Assembly (NCBI GenBank): GCA_951406725.2
Contig: OX597818.1
Span: forward strand, 111,104,001 to 111,168,000
Reading direction: 5' to 3'
Length of the DNA: 64,000 nt
Origin: Octopus vulgaris
Taxonomy: Eukaryota
Of this stretch, positions 26,607-38,253 are shown piece after piece. The notes beneath the pieces were generated by a model. It did no database searches and was not told where the DNA came from. It saw only the letters and a program-made list of their open reading frames with translations. The stretch's first letter is position 1; each line of letters begins with the position of its first letter. The position numbers and the translations under genes are program-made.

Positions 26607-27336
26607 TAGCTTCTGGCTTCCTGAGAAAGAACAAATGAGCCATAAATACTTCTATGGTTAAGATGCTTGTTTATTTCAGATAACATTACCAGAGTATCAT
26701 TCATTCTTTTATTCATCTATTTCTTCATGCTATTATGGCTTGGATGGAAGGTAACACTGGCAGAATTTTTATAGCCAGATGGTCTTCAAATCACCAAACT
26801 TTACCTGTTTTATAAAGTGAGTGATTTATCATTCTAGATGAATTTAAAGTGCACAGCTAGCAGATGATTTTTCATCATCATCATCGTTTAATGTCTGTTT
26901 TCCATGCTAGCATAGGTTGGAGAGTTTAAATGAGATCTAGAAAGCCAGCAGCTGCACCAAGCACCAATCTGATTTAGCAATGTTTCTATAGCTGGATGCC
27001 CTTCCTAACTCCAACCACTCCAAGAGTATAAGGGGTGCTTTTTTACATGCCACCAGCACAGGAGCCAGTCAGGCAGGCCTGTTATCGATCACATTCGGAT
27101 GGTGCATTTTAAGTGTCACTAGCATGGGAGCCAGTCAGGGGGCACTGGTATCAGCCACATTCAGATGGTGCTTTTTACATGACACCGGAATGGGAGCCAG
27201 TCAGGTGGCCCTGACAGGAAATATCACAAAGCATATCAGTAGCAGCCCAGCTATAAACAATAATATCACTATATATAGCCATAGCTCAGCATAGTTTCTA
27301 AGAATTTACACACAAACACACAGACCTTTATACATA

Positions 27337-27544
27337 CAGGGTGAGCCAATTCATGCACAAAATAAATTCAATATGCTCTGGAATTGTCAGACATACTTCA
27401 ATTTTTCTAAATTAAGATAAAATAAACAAAATGATGATTAATACTTACATACATGCACATGATGAACAAAATTAATATTAATACTAATAATCTAATATAG
27501 ATAAAATGTCAAATGTTTTGGTGTGTGACTTTTGGCCTACCCTG
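27337..27544. mobile_element. Tc1/mariner-type MITE
   Basis: TA|cagggtgagccaa ... ttggcctaccctg|TA. Confidence 0.65.
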
Positions 27545-27767
27545 TATATGCACATATATGAGAGGTTCTTTCAATTTCCATTTATTTAATTGTCGGAAAA
27601 AGCACTGATTCTGTCATGGCCATCTTGGAAAACACTTGCTCAAGATACTACACAGTGGGACTGAAACTGAAATCACATGGTTGAGAAACAAATTTCCTAA
27701 CTGCACATTCTCGGCTGGGCTTGTGTATTCTTACAAATAAAAAAATAAATAAACAGTATGAACTAAC

Positions 27768-27801
27768 CTCGATATCTCCAAAGTACTCTCTTGCTAATTT
27801 T
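27768..27801 (-). CDS. Micro-exon E9 (34 nt, phase 2->0): KLAREYFGDIE
   Basis: Acceptor tattttgcag, donor gag|GTTAGT; paralog of E13/E17/E21 with homologous upstream intron (27950-28200). Confidence 0.85.
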
Positions 27802-28419
27802 CTGCAAAATAAATAGAGACATGCAACTTTTTTTACATCTTCAGACAGAGAAACATTATAAGATTATAGCTTTTTCTACAATTTATTTCTTCTTTTTCTT
27901 CTTTACCACCATCACTATCACCACCGCCAATAACAACAAAAACCATCATTATTTAACATCCATTTTCTCTTAGACATGGATTTTTTTTTAAATATTCAAA
28001 TTTAGATTTCTACTTTATTTTAAGTAATTTCATGACTGACCCTCATTAGGAGTTTCACTCTTGGCTATGTACATAGTACCAAATTATTAATACTTATCTC
28101 TCAGCAATGACAGAAATATTTGGTTTCAAATTTTTGCACAAGCCAGCAATTTTGAGAGAGTGGGTAAGCTGATGTTACTGACCCCAGTGATCAACTAGTA
28201 CTTATATTTTGTTCATTTCCATCTTTTTCAGTTTCATATGTTACATTGGCATAGCAATATTTGTCTTCTTGTGAAATAAATATTGTTATCATAAAACCAC
28301 TCAAGATAACTTTGCTGTATTTGAAGTTCATGTATTCAGACTGTTGTTGTTTAACCCTAGGACAGCCCAGATAAAGCAGACCATTGATCCAAGATATTCT
28401 AGCCATAAGCAACACTACC

Positions 28420-29955
28420 ATCATCGGCATCATCATCATCATCCAATGTCCATTTTCCATGCTAGCATGGGTTGGAGAGTTTGACCAGAGCTGGCAAGCC
28501 AGACAGCTGCACCAAGTTCCATTCTGCTTCAGTATGGTTCCTATGTCTGGATGCCCTTCTAACATCAACCACTTTACGTTGTGTGTGGGGTGCTTTTTAC
28601 ATGGTGCTGACACAAGCGCTTTTATGTGGCACTGACATGAGTGCTTTGTATGTGACACTGGCACAGGATGCTTGCAGGCCAATTCTCTTCACCAGGGGAT
28701 GTGGCCTTAATACTTCTGCTGTGGAGTACAGATCTTCTTGAGCACACCAAGGCACCAGGTATTTCGGTCCTTTGTCATCTTATCTGAAAGGTTTAGTGCC
28801 TTGAGGTTGTCCTTCAGTACTTCATCCCATGTCTTCCCCATGTTCCATCCACTTTGAGAGACAGGCATTTCTTTAAAGAGCTGTCAGCATCCATCTGCAT
28901 CAGATGATCAAACCAGTGCAGTCTTCCCTTTTGCACACTGCATCTAATTCTTCTTATGCCCAACTTTTCTTTCATTACACTAGCACTCTGTTGCATATGT
29001 ACACTTACATTACATATCCAGTGAAGCATATTTGCCTCATTCATCTCTAGCCTTCACATGTTTTCTGCATTCAGGGCTCACATCTCACTACCATGTAGAA
29101 TTGCTGTCCATACACATGCTTCATACAATCTTCTTTTCACTCGGAGAGAGAAATCTTTGGTAGCCAGCAGAGCTAAAAGCTTTCTGAATTTTCTCCATCC
29201 TAGTCTTATTCTAGCTATTACATTCTCTGTACATCCTACATCACTATTAATTTTATCCCTTTGGTAGCAGAAATCATCCACTACCCCTAATGACATGCCA
29301 GGGCATTTGAGAAAGTCAATTTCCCATGTATCAGTAGTTTTTATGGCTTCGGTGCATATTCCACATACAAACACTATTTTTTCTCTGATAACCTCCCTAT
29401 TACTCCACTGCACCTCATGTGTCTATAGCTAACACCGAGTACACCAAATGGAATTCTTGCCTACACCTTCCCTATAAATCGAGCATGGTCACCTACCTGA
29501 AGGGAGTAGGGTCCTCTTTGTTTTCTAGCTTATGAAGACCTTAGTCTTTGCTAAGTTAACCATAAGGTTCTTAGATTCCAGGTTTTACTTTCAACACTGG
29601 GAATTTCTTTTCTAGCTTTGATAAAGAATCTGCTGTGAGGGCAAGATCATCAGCATAATAGATCCCAGGAGTTACTGGTCTTGAATTCCTCTGTTATAAC
29701 CTGGAGGACAATGATGAAAAGGAGGAGACTGAGGACTGAGACTTGATGAATGTCTATCTGTACACCAAATTCTTTGTACTTGTGGTTAACACTGATCTTG
29801 CTCACAGTGTCTCTGTATATGGCCTATACAGCTTTTACAAACAACTTGTCTACCCCTAACCTCCTCAGAGCCCATCATATCACACAGTGAGTTACTCTAT
29901 TGAAGGCTTTCTCTAGATCAATAAATACCAAGTACAATGGTTTATTCTTAGCTAT
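28420..29955 (-). mobile_element. 5'-truncated degenerate RTE LINE with tail
   Basis: FVCGIC...GCTENVIARIRLGWRKFRKLL...RLYEACVWTAILHGSE, EANMLHWICNVS; 3'UTR ending in (GAT)n. Confidence 0.85.
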
Positions 29956-30261
29956 AGTGACACCTGACTGGCTCAAGTGTGGTTGATGCCAGTGCCACCT
30001 GATTGGCTCCCATGCTGGTGGCACGTAAAAACCATCATTCAAGCATGGTCAACACCAGTACCACCTGACTGGCCCCTGTGCCAGTGGCACACTAAAAGCA
30101 CCCACTAGACTCTTAGAATAGTTAGTGTTAGGAGGGGCATCAAGCTGTAGAAGCCTTGCCAGATCGGATTGGAGCCTGGTGCAGCCTCCTGGCTTGCCAG
30201 TCCTCAGTCAAACCGTCAAACCCATGCCATCATGGAAAGTGGACGTTAAACGATGATGATG

Positions 30262-31144
30262 TGGTGGTATCAAAAAGTTCCCAGACTAGTTATGTTTAAT
30301 AAAAAATAACTTATTTACTTAAGTTTTAACATCACCGCCTTCAAAATAGTCACCTTGTGCAGCAGTAACTAGTTCTAGTTTTCTTGCCATTTTTGGAATC
30401 TAGCCTGGAAGTTGTTTTCCATAAGCTAGTCAAAGACCTTCTGCAATTCCCTCTTGATCTCAAAACCCAATTCTTGTCACCAGTGATAATACTGACAAAA
30501 AGGATGGGTCACCAGCAGTGTGCTGATGGATAGCTCAACAGACTTCAACATGATGTTCTTTCTGTTCAGTGGTCAGCAGACAAGGGGACAAACTTTGCAG
30601 AGACATGCCACATGTTCAATCCAGATGTTAGGATTGCCTGCATGGATCCAAACAACAGACCAACAACATTGGCAATGTTGTTGATTGTCGTTCTGTGATC
30701 CTTGTGCACAAGCTGATGAATTTTCTCCATATTTCCAGGGATGACACTTGTGGCAGGTCTTCCAGATTGCTCATTATCTTCCAAGAATGTTCTTTCACTT
30801 TTGAAGCACCTGTACCACTAAAAACATTGTGTACGACCCACTGTTTAATTGCTGTAAGCTTGCCAAAGCATGCACAATGTGTCAGTAGGAGACTTCCCAA
30901 GTTTAACACAAAATTTCATTTTGCCTCATTGTTCCAACTTCCAATCGATGACAAAATCACAGACTACAGCATACAAGTGATCACAAAAACACACTCTCAC
31001 AACTTTCAAACTAAACACAGAAACATCACTTGGCATACTCCCTTATGAAGGTCACAGCTAACCCTCACTATGCACACAACTGTGTGCTGCCATCTACTGG
31101 TGCACTACAGAACTTGTCTGTGAACTTCTTGCAGTTGCCTTACT
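30262..31144 (-). mobile_element. Internally deleted mariner
   Basis: EDNEQSGRPATS...AKFVP HTH/WVP-region remnant; degenerate termini. Confidence 0.7.
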
Positions 31145-31420
31145 ATGCAAATAGTATCAGTAGTGTTTCTCTGCAGGATGAAGCCAAACGGCCATATTAT
31201 TCAATGTATTCCTTCTGTAGAATATTTCAAGTAAGCAGATTAACTTGCAGAAACTTTATTTGTGATTCCTTTTTAAAATTTATTCCTTTTTAAGATAATA
31301 AGTTATGAATGTATAGAGAATCTTTTGTTGCTTGATTGCACAATAGGTAATTCATAAGTGTCATATAAATTACTTGTAGGCATGTGGTATTTTGTTACGC
31401 AATCATAATATACTATAAAG

Positions 31421-32128
31421 CAGTGGCGGCTTGAAGATAAAATTAGTGAGGGTGTTGCTTCAGAAAATTCTTAGCCCTTGTTTTGATACTGTGTAAAAGG
31501 AAACAAACATATAAAAAAAAAATTTATATGTAAACCTGATTGGTTCGTATTTTAGCCACTGCTGGGTAGTGTGTTCAATTTGCTCACTGCACATCACCAT
31601 GAATTCCCCCTTGTTTTTCAAAAATCCCTGCTAAATCACAAAATAAGGGAGGAAAATCTACCCTATTTTTCAAATCCTGGAAGCAACACTGAAGCTGGAA
31701 GCAGGATAATAATCTAATTCTACACTTTATCACATTCAAGAATAGAAACATGTTTTTAAGCACAACACACACGGAATTAAAAAGAAACACTACCTTTCAC
31801 CAGCACACCAGAGTCAGAGCTGCGTGAACAACAGTGCTCTCTCTTCCTAGAGTGCAGCTTCGTATCTCGGACAAGTGGGCATGCACACAACAACCAAACA
31901 CCACGTCGCTGGAACTGAGAGGTGCACAGTTCTATTCAAGGATTTTTTTATTTTATTTTCATAAACTAGGGGATGGCAACTGACATTAAGCTTAAGGATT
32001 ATATAATGTACAAGTATAAAGAAAAAATTAAGGGAAAAAAGGACTCATTATATTGAATGGTATTGATAATATTGAGTGGAAATAGGGGTTGCTGCAGTTC
32101 CACAGTACCTATACACGAGCCGCCACTG
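31421..32128. mobile_element. Non-autonomous hAT-type element
   Basis: TIR cagtggcggct/agccgccactg with perfect 8-bp TSD ctataaag (31413-20, 32129-36). Confidence 0.85.
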
Positions 32129-32194
32129 CTATAAAGTATATTAAATGTTTTATGAGTCAACGCCATGTTCTACTGTATTAGTAGTGCTTTTACA

Positions 32195-32309
32195 TTATTT
32201 TGTTAAGGTTATTTCAACAGAAATTAAAGCCAACACTGATTTTTGCTCTGTGTTTTGCAAAAAATCAGCGCTGGCTATAATTTCTATAGAAATAACCTTA
32301 ACAAAATAA
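32195..32309. repeat. Foldback inverted repeat, ~52-bp arms
   Basis: ttattttgttaaggttatttc...ctgatttttgc / gcaaaaaatcag...gaaataaccttaacaaaataa. Confidence 0.8.
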
Positions 32310-32479
32310 GTGTTATAATCTAGATTTATCATTTGATTTCTATCAAAAGTGAGTCCTGAATAACATAAGGAAGCTCAAAGGATAAGAGGGTCATGCTAAC
32401 TTAAAATTTAATGCGTATATTCAATATTATTTACATGAAGGAAAGCAAACTACAATACAACTTCAGAAAGCATACTCAC

Positions 32480-32544
32480 AGCAATTTTGTTTTATGACCA
32501 GGTTTCCAAGTGTTTTTTAAGCATTCATCCAATTTAAATGCATC
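32480..32544 (-). CDS. Exon E8 (65 nt, phase 0->2): DAFKLDECLKNTWKPGHKTKL(L)
   Basis: Acceptor gaaattttag, donor GTGAGT; completes the UBA-like helix (WNMT|DAF); same size and phase as the repeat long exons. Confidence 0.8.
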
Positions 32545-33308
32545 CTAAAATTTCAAGAAACAGACAATTGAAGTTTCAAATTGCAATTTTGATAATTATA
32601 TTTGTAAATGCCGGTGTCACATAAAAAGCGCCCATGCTGGTGTCATGCAAAAGCACCTGTACCAGTGCCATGTAAAAAGCACACAGTACACTCTCTGAAG
32701 TGGTTGGCATTAGAAGGGGCATCCAGCTGTAGAAACCAAAACAGACAACTGGATCCTGGGCAGCTCTCCAGCTGGCCAACTCCTGTCAAACTATCCAACC
32801 TATGCCAGCATGGAAGACATATGTTAAGTGATGATGGTGATGATGAGGAGGAGGAGGAGGAGGATTTGATTTCTTTCTGTGTTTGTTTATTTCATTTTTA
32901 TCTTATTTTGTCATGTAACTTTAATTATTGATTATAAAGTAATCTGTCATGTATGTGTTGTAGCTGTTTAGCCCCGGGTCCACCTGGATTCAGCAATCTT
33001 CTATGTATCTTTCATCTTTTATCTCCTAGTTGTTTCAGTGATAAGACTGCGGTCATGCTTGGCACAACCTTGAAGAATTTTTAGTCAAATGAATTGACTC
33101 CAGTACTTTATTCATTTTTAAGTATGGTTCTTGTTCCATTGTTGCCAAATCACTAAGTCACAATGATGTAAACACACCAACACTAGTTGACAAGTGGTAG
33201 TAGGGGGACAAATACAGACACAAAGACATATACATATATATAAAGACAATTTAGAAGATGGAGATATAAAATTAATACAATTCATTATCTGCAAAAATCT
33301 AATATATT

Positions 33309-33390
33309 CTCTTACAGCTGTTTCAATTTAGCCTAAAAGATTAAATTACAATAATTAAATCATTGTATTAGGCAAAATCTCATCAGAGGG
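33309..33390 (-). ncRNA. Minimal hammerhead-like motif
   Basis: Minus strand: ccct-CTGATGA-stem II (gcctaa/ttaggc)-GAAA-CAGCTG-TA-agag; one mismatch in stem I. Confidence 0.6.
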
Positions 33391-33497
33391 GCAGAAAAGA
33401 TATACCGTTAGGTTATTGCATGTTTTGTTTACAAATCATCTTAGTTTGCTGAGATGATATATATATATATATATATATACACACAAACACACACATA

Positions 33498-34520
33498 TAT
33501 CATCATCATTGTCATCGTTTAATGTCTGCTTTCCCTGCTGGCATGGGTTGGGTGGCTTGACTGAGGGATGGCAAGCCAGTAAACTGCACCAGGCTCCAAT
33601 ATGATCTGGCATAGTTTCTACAGCTGGATGCCCTTCCTAATGCCAACCACTCTGAGAGTGTAGTGCCACTGGCATGAGGGCCAGTCACACAATACTAGCA
33701 TCGATTACACTTGAATGGTGCTTTTTACGTGCCACGGGCACAGGACCAATCAGGCAGCACTGGCATCAACCATGCTCAAATGATGCTTTTTACGTGTCAC
33801 TGGCACGGGAGCCAGTCAGGCGGCTCTGGCAACGATCACACTCGAATGGTGCTTTTTACCTGTCACTGGTACAGGACAAGTCAGGCTGCACTGGCATTGA
33901 CCATGCTTAAATGGTGCTTTTTATGTGCCACCGGCATGGGTGCCAATCAGGTAGTACTGTCATTGACCATGACAATGACTTCACTTGACTCAACAGGTCT
34001 TTGTAAGGGCAGTTTATTGCCCAATGATTGAAGGCTACTATTAAATGAGCCAGTTATGCTGCGCTGGCATAGGCCATAGTTATGGTCTCACTTGATTTGC
34101 CGGATTTTCTCAAGCACAGCTTATCTCCAAAGGTCTCGGTCACTTGTCATCACCTCCATGAGGCCCAACGTTCGAAGGTCATGTTTTCACACCTCATCCC
34201 AGGTCTTCCTGGGCTACCTTTTCCACAAGTTTCCTCAACCGCTAGGTTGTGACACTTTCAAACCTGACAATACCAGGGCAGGTGTCTCTCTTGCACACCA
34301 CATCTGATGCTTCTTATGTTCAACGTTTTTCTCAGGGTGTAATGTTGTGCATGCACACTGACATTACACATCCAGCGGAGCATACTAGCTTCTTTCTCTG
34401 TAAACTTCCGCATGTCCTCAGCAGTCATGGTCAATGTTTCACTGCCATGTAGCATAGCTATTCGCACACATGCATCATACAGTCTATCTGAGTGAGAGGC
34501 CTTTGTCACCAGCAGAGGTA
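33498..34520 (-). mobile_element. RTE 3' fragment with 3'UTR repeats and tail
   Basis: RLYDACVRIAMLHGSET...EASMLRWMCNVSVH; same family as 35250-39039. Confidence 0.88.
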
Positions 34521-34529
34521 CTTTATCCA

Positions 34530-34581
<52 letters not shown>

Positions 34582-34759
34582 TTATATGTATGTATGTTTG
34601 TATATATAAATATATATAATTGTTAAAGAGGACAACAAACATTAAGGCAAGACAAATACCTCAAGTCATATACGTTATTATTATTGGAAGAATTCCGCTA
34701 TATCGGAAATCAACAATGGTTCCATAACTCCTGTCTTGGCTATGACTTTGGAGCCTTGC

Positions 34760-35249
34760 AAATGTATGATTTGAAACATGTTGGTAACTCCAGAGTTGTG
34801 TGTGTTTATGAAAGGGATGATGTTTTCTTTGTTTTTCGTTTTTGGAGTTCTGAGTTGTGTGATGTTCAGTTTCATTGCTCTTGAGATTCCATCTTTTATT
34901 AATTTGAGTGAGTACTTTTGTTCTAGTAAGAAGTTTTTAAGTTCATTTAGTCTTATTTGACGTGTTTGTGAGTCAATTACTATGCTGCATATGCGTCTTG
35001 CCATACTATAAGGAATGTTTCTTTTTATGTGGGATGGATGGCAAGAGTAGAAATTTAAATATTGGTATGTGTCGGTTTTTTGTAGTAGATGTCTGTTGTG
35101 ACGATGGAGTTGTGTATCTTGATGTTGATGTCTAGGAAGGGAAGTTCGTTGTGGCTGGTATCTATTGTGAAATTGATAAATGGGTGCAGTGTGTTGAGGA
35201 TGTTGTGAAATGTTCATAGATCTTCTTCTGATCTATTCCAAAAGATGAA
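34760..35249 (-). mobile_element. Penelope-like element, distal part of RT (split by the RTE insertion)
   Basis: FWNRSEEDL*..LNTLHP.INFT...ELPFLD, then QYLNFYSCHPSHIKRNIPYSMARRIC, typical PLE RT C-terminus. Confidence 0.85.
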
Positions 35250-38200
35250 GTTCCTGAAAGGTAGGTCTGGCGAGATAGTCGAGATGCTTGAACGGAGACG
35301 TGTTGATGTATGTTGCATGCAAGAAATAAGGTGGAGAGGAGGATCTGCTAGGTTCCTGACAGGCAAGGAACACAGGTACAAGATTTTCTGGGCAGGGAAC
35401 ACTGACGGGGTTGGTGGCGTGGGTATACTTATCGCTGAGAAATGGATAGATAGAGTAATTGAGGTAATCAGAGTAAGTGACAGAATACTTAAGATTAGAA
35501 TAGTGCTTCATAATAGATTAGCAACCATTATATCGGCTTATGCCCCTCAGCCAGGGCTACCCGATGGACAGAAAGACAGCTTCTATGACACCCTACTGCA
35601 GACCACCTCATTGACGAACGACAGGGACCTTCTCTTTGTGGCTGGTGATTTCAATGGGCATGTTGGACGACATGCTGGGGGCTTCCATGGCGTACATGGA
35701 GGCTACGGTTATGGTTCCCGCAACGAGGAGGGAACCAGGCTGCTGGAGTTCTGCGATGCGAATAGTCTTATGGTCTGCAACACTAACTTCAGGAAACCAT
35801 CAAGCCACCTGGTCACCTACCAATCGGGCCGGCATACTAGCCAAATCGACTACATCCTTGCCAGAAAAAGGGAAAGATGGCTGCTTATAAATGCCAAAAC
35901 CTTCCCAGGCGAAGAATGCACCCCACAACATAGACTGGTAGTTAGTGACTTTAGGATCAGGACTAAGAGGGCAACTAGAAGACGACCAACATGGAGAAGA
36001 AGGGTCTGGAAGCTTAAAGACCCTGCGAATGGACAGAGATTTAGAGATATGTTACTTGAAGCCTTTGACGAAGTGGAAGGGGGTATAGCTACACATGGGG
36101 TAGAAGACAACTGGACGTTTCTGAGGGACAACCTGCTGAAAGCCGCTGACCAGATCTGTGGCTGGTGCAAAGTCCCCTTAAGACCCAAAATAACGTGGTG
36201 GTGGAACAATATTGTTGACAGGGCTATTAGACAAAAGAAACAGGCTTGGAAGGCCTGGAAGAACGGTGGTAGCAGGGAAGTGTACCAGACTGCCAGAAGG
36301 GAAGCTAGGAGACAGGTCTATCTAGCCAGAGGGGAAGCAGATAAGAGAAAATTTGCCAATGTCCTGCGCCGTGAGGATGAAAGACTTGAGGTATTTTGTG
36401 TTGCAAGACAGTGTGTGAGAGAGAATCGTGATGTGGTAGGAGAGAAATGTGTTCGCATGGAGGATGGTTCACTTGCGCTAAATGAGGATGCAAAGAGAGA
36501 AGCTTGGAGACGCCACTATGAAAGGTTGCTGAATGAGGAAAATGAATGGGATAAAGAGAGTCTGCCGAATGTTGACCCAACAGAGGGACCAGCTATCCGA
36601 GTTGATAGTTCCGTGGTAGCTAAGGCAATTAGAAGCATGAAGACAGGGAAAGCCCCAGGCCCATCAGGAATTACTGCAGAGATGCTCAAAATATCTGGTA
36701 GTGTCGGCTATAGCATAGTCACCCGTATAGTTAACCAGGTGATACACGAAGGAGTCATACCCAATGACTGGTGTAGCAGCATAATAGTCAACTGCTACAA
36801 AGGTAAAGGTGACGCCCTTGATACAAATAACTACAGGGGCATCAAGCTGTTGGATCAGGTAATGAAGGTTATGGAGAGGGTTATAGCCCAGTTAATTAGA
36901 GAGAGAGTTAGCTTAGATGATATGCAGTTTGGGTTCGTGCCAGGGAAAAGTACTACTGATGCTATATTCCTGGTAAGACAGCTGCAGGAGAAATACCTAG
37001 CCAAAGGTAAGCCCTTGTACCTGGCTTTTGTTGACTTAGAGAAAGCCTTTGACAGGGTCCCCCGATCCCTTATCTGGTGGTCAATGAGGAAACTAGGGAT
37101 AGATGAATGGTTAGTGAGAGCTGTGCGAGCCATGTACAGAGACGCTGCTAGTAAGGTGAGGGTTGGCAACGGGTACAGTGAAGAATTCTGGGTAGAGGTT
37201 GGGGTCCACCAAGGTTCAGTCCTCAGCCCCCTCCTATTTATCATAGTCCTCCAGGCAATAACGGAAGAATTTAAGACAGGATGCCCCTGGGAGCTCCTCT
37301 ATGCCGATGACCTTACTCTAATTGCTGAGTCACTATCAGAACTGGAGGAGAAGTTTCAGGTGTGGAAACAAGGATTAGAATCGAAGGGCCTTAGAATCAA
37401 CCTAGCCAAAACCAAAGTCCTAATAAGTAGGAAGGTGGACCAACCACAAACGACTTCAGGTAGATGGCCCTGCTCGATCTGTAAAAAAGGTGTAGGTAGA
37501 AACTCTATAAGGTGCACCAAGTGTAAGCTATGGACACATAAGAGGTGCAGCAATGTCAAAGGTAGGCTAACTGGGAAGATAGTTTTCGTATGTGGCAGAT
37601 GCTCAGGAGAAATAAACACTGGAAATGTGCAGAGACCAACTTCTACCACGTTCCAGGGAGACAAACTAGAAGTAGTTGATAGCTTCCGCTACCTAGGAGA
37701 CCAAGTCAGTAGCGGAGGTGGGTGTGCTGAAAGTGTAACTGCTAGAGTAAGAATAGCCTGGGCAAAGTTTAGAGAGCTCTTACCCCTGCTGGTGACAAAA
37801 GGCCTCTCGCTCAGAGTAAAAGGCAGACTTTATGATGCATGTGTACGTACAGCCATGCTACATGGTAGTGAAACATGGGCCGTGACTGCTGAGGATATGC
37901 GTAAGCTCGCAAGAAATGAAGCCAGTATGCTCCGATGGATGTGTAATGTCAGTGTTCATAATCGTCAGAGTGTAAGTACCTTGCGAGAAAAGTTGAACCT
38001 AAGAAGCGTCAGTTGTGGTGTGCAAGAGAGACGGCTGCGCGGGTATGGTCATATGACGAGAATGGCTGAAGATAGTTGTGTGCAAAAGTGCTACACCCTA
38101 GCAGTTGAGGGAACCTGTGGAAGAGGTAGACCCAGGAAAACCTGGGACGAAGTGGTGAAGCACGACCTACGAACTTTAGGTCTCACCAAGGAAATGACTA

Positions 38201-38253
38201 GAGACCGAGACCTATGGAAGTATGCTGTGCGTGAGAAGACCCGGCAAGACTAG
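35245..38253 (+). CDS. RTE polyprotein: APE endonuclease, reverse transcriptase (YADD 37300-37311), embedded PHD-like C4HC3 finger
   Basis: CMQE, SAYAPQ, GDFNGH, IDYIL, QH (EN); QFGF, FVDLEKAFD, GVHQGSVLSP, YADD, YLG (RT); GRGRPRKTW C-terminus. Confidence 0.95.
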   Translation: MKFLKGRSGEIVEMLERRRVDVCCMQEIRWRGGSARFLTGKEHRYKIFWAGNTDGVGGVGILIAEKWIDRVIEVIRVSDRILKIRIVLHNRLATIISAYAPQPGLPDGQKDSFYDTLLQTTSLTNDRDLLFVAGDFNGHVGRHAGGFHGVHGGYGYGSRNEEGTRLLEFCDANSLMVCNTNFRKPSSHLVTYQSGRHTSQIDYILARKRERWLLINAKTFPGEECTPQHRLVVSDFRIRTKRATRRRPTWRRRVWKLKDPANGQRFRDMLLEAFDEVEGGIATHGVEDNWTFLRDNLLKAADQICGWCKVPLRPKITWWWNNIVDRAIRQKKQAWKAWKNGGSREVYQTARREARRQVYLARGEADKRKFANVLRREDERLEVFCVARQCVRENRDVVGEKCVRMEDGSLALNEDAKREAWRRHYERLLNEENEWDKESLPNVDPTEGPAIRVDSSVVAKAIRSMKTGKAPGPSGITAEMLKISGSVGYSIVTRIVNQVIHEGVIPNDWCSSIIVNCYKGKGDALDTNNYRGIKLLDQVMKVMERVIAQLIRERVSLDDMQFGFVPGKSTTDAIFLVRQLQEKYLAKGKPLYLAFVDLEKAFDRVPRSLIWWSMRKLGIDEWLVRAVRAMYRDAASKVRVGNGYSEEFWVEVGVHQGSVLSPLLFIIVLQAITEEFKTGCPWELLYADDLTLIAESLSELEEKFQVWKQGLESKGLRINLAKTKVLISRKVDQPQTTSGRWPCSICKKGVGRNSIRCTKCKLWTHKRCSNVKGRLTGKIVFVCGRCSGEINTGNVQRPTSTTFQGDKLEVVDSFRYLGDQVSSGGGCAESVTARVRIAWAKFRELLPLLVTKGLSLRVKGRLYDACVRTAMLHGSETWAVTAEDMRKLARNEASMLRWMCNVSVHNRQSVSTLREKLNLRSVSCGVQERRLRGYGHMTRMAEDSCVQKCYTLAVEGTCGRGRPRKTWDEVVKHDLRTLGLTKEMTRDRDLWKYAVREKTRQD

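Larger units (their letters stand above)
750..28200 (-). repeat. Intragenic tandem segmental duplication: about 3.25 copies of a 4-exon unit
   Basis: Homologous intron blocks: ~770-1030/10720-11047/16830-16997; 1150-2110/11515-12125/17128-18075/27950-28200; 4236-4705/12314-12895/19487-20050; 8688-8800/15443-15720/24922-25190; 13590-14428/21690-22592. Confidence 0.9.
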
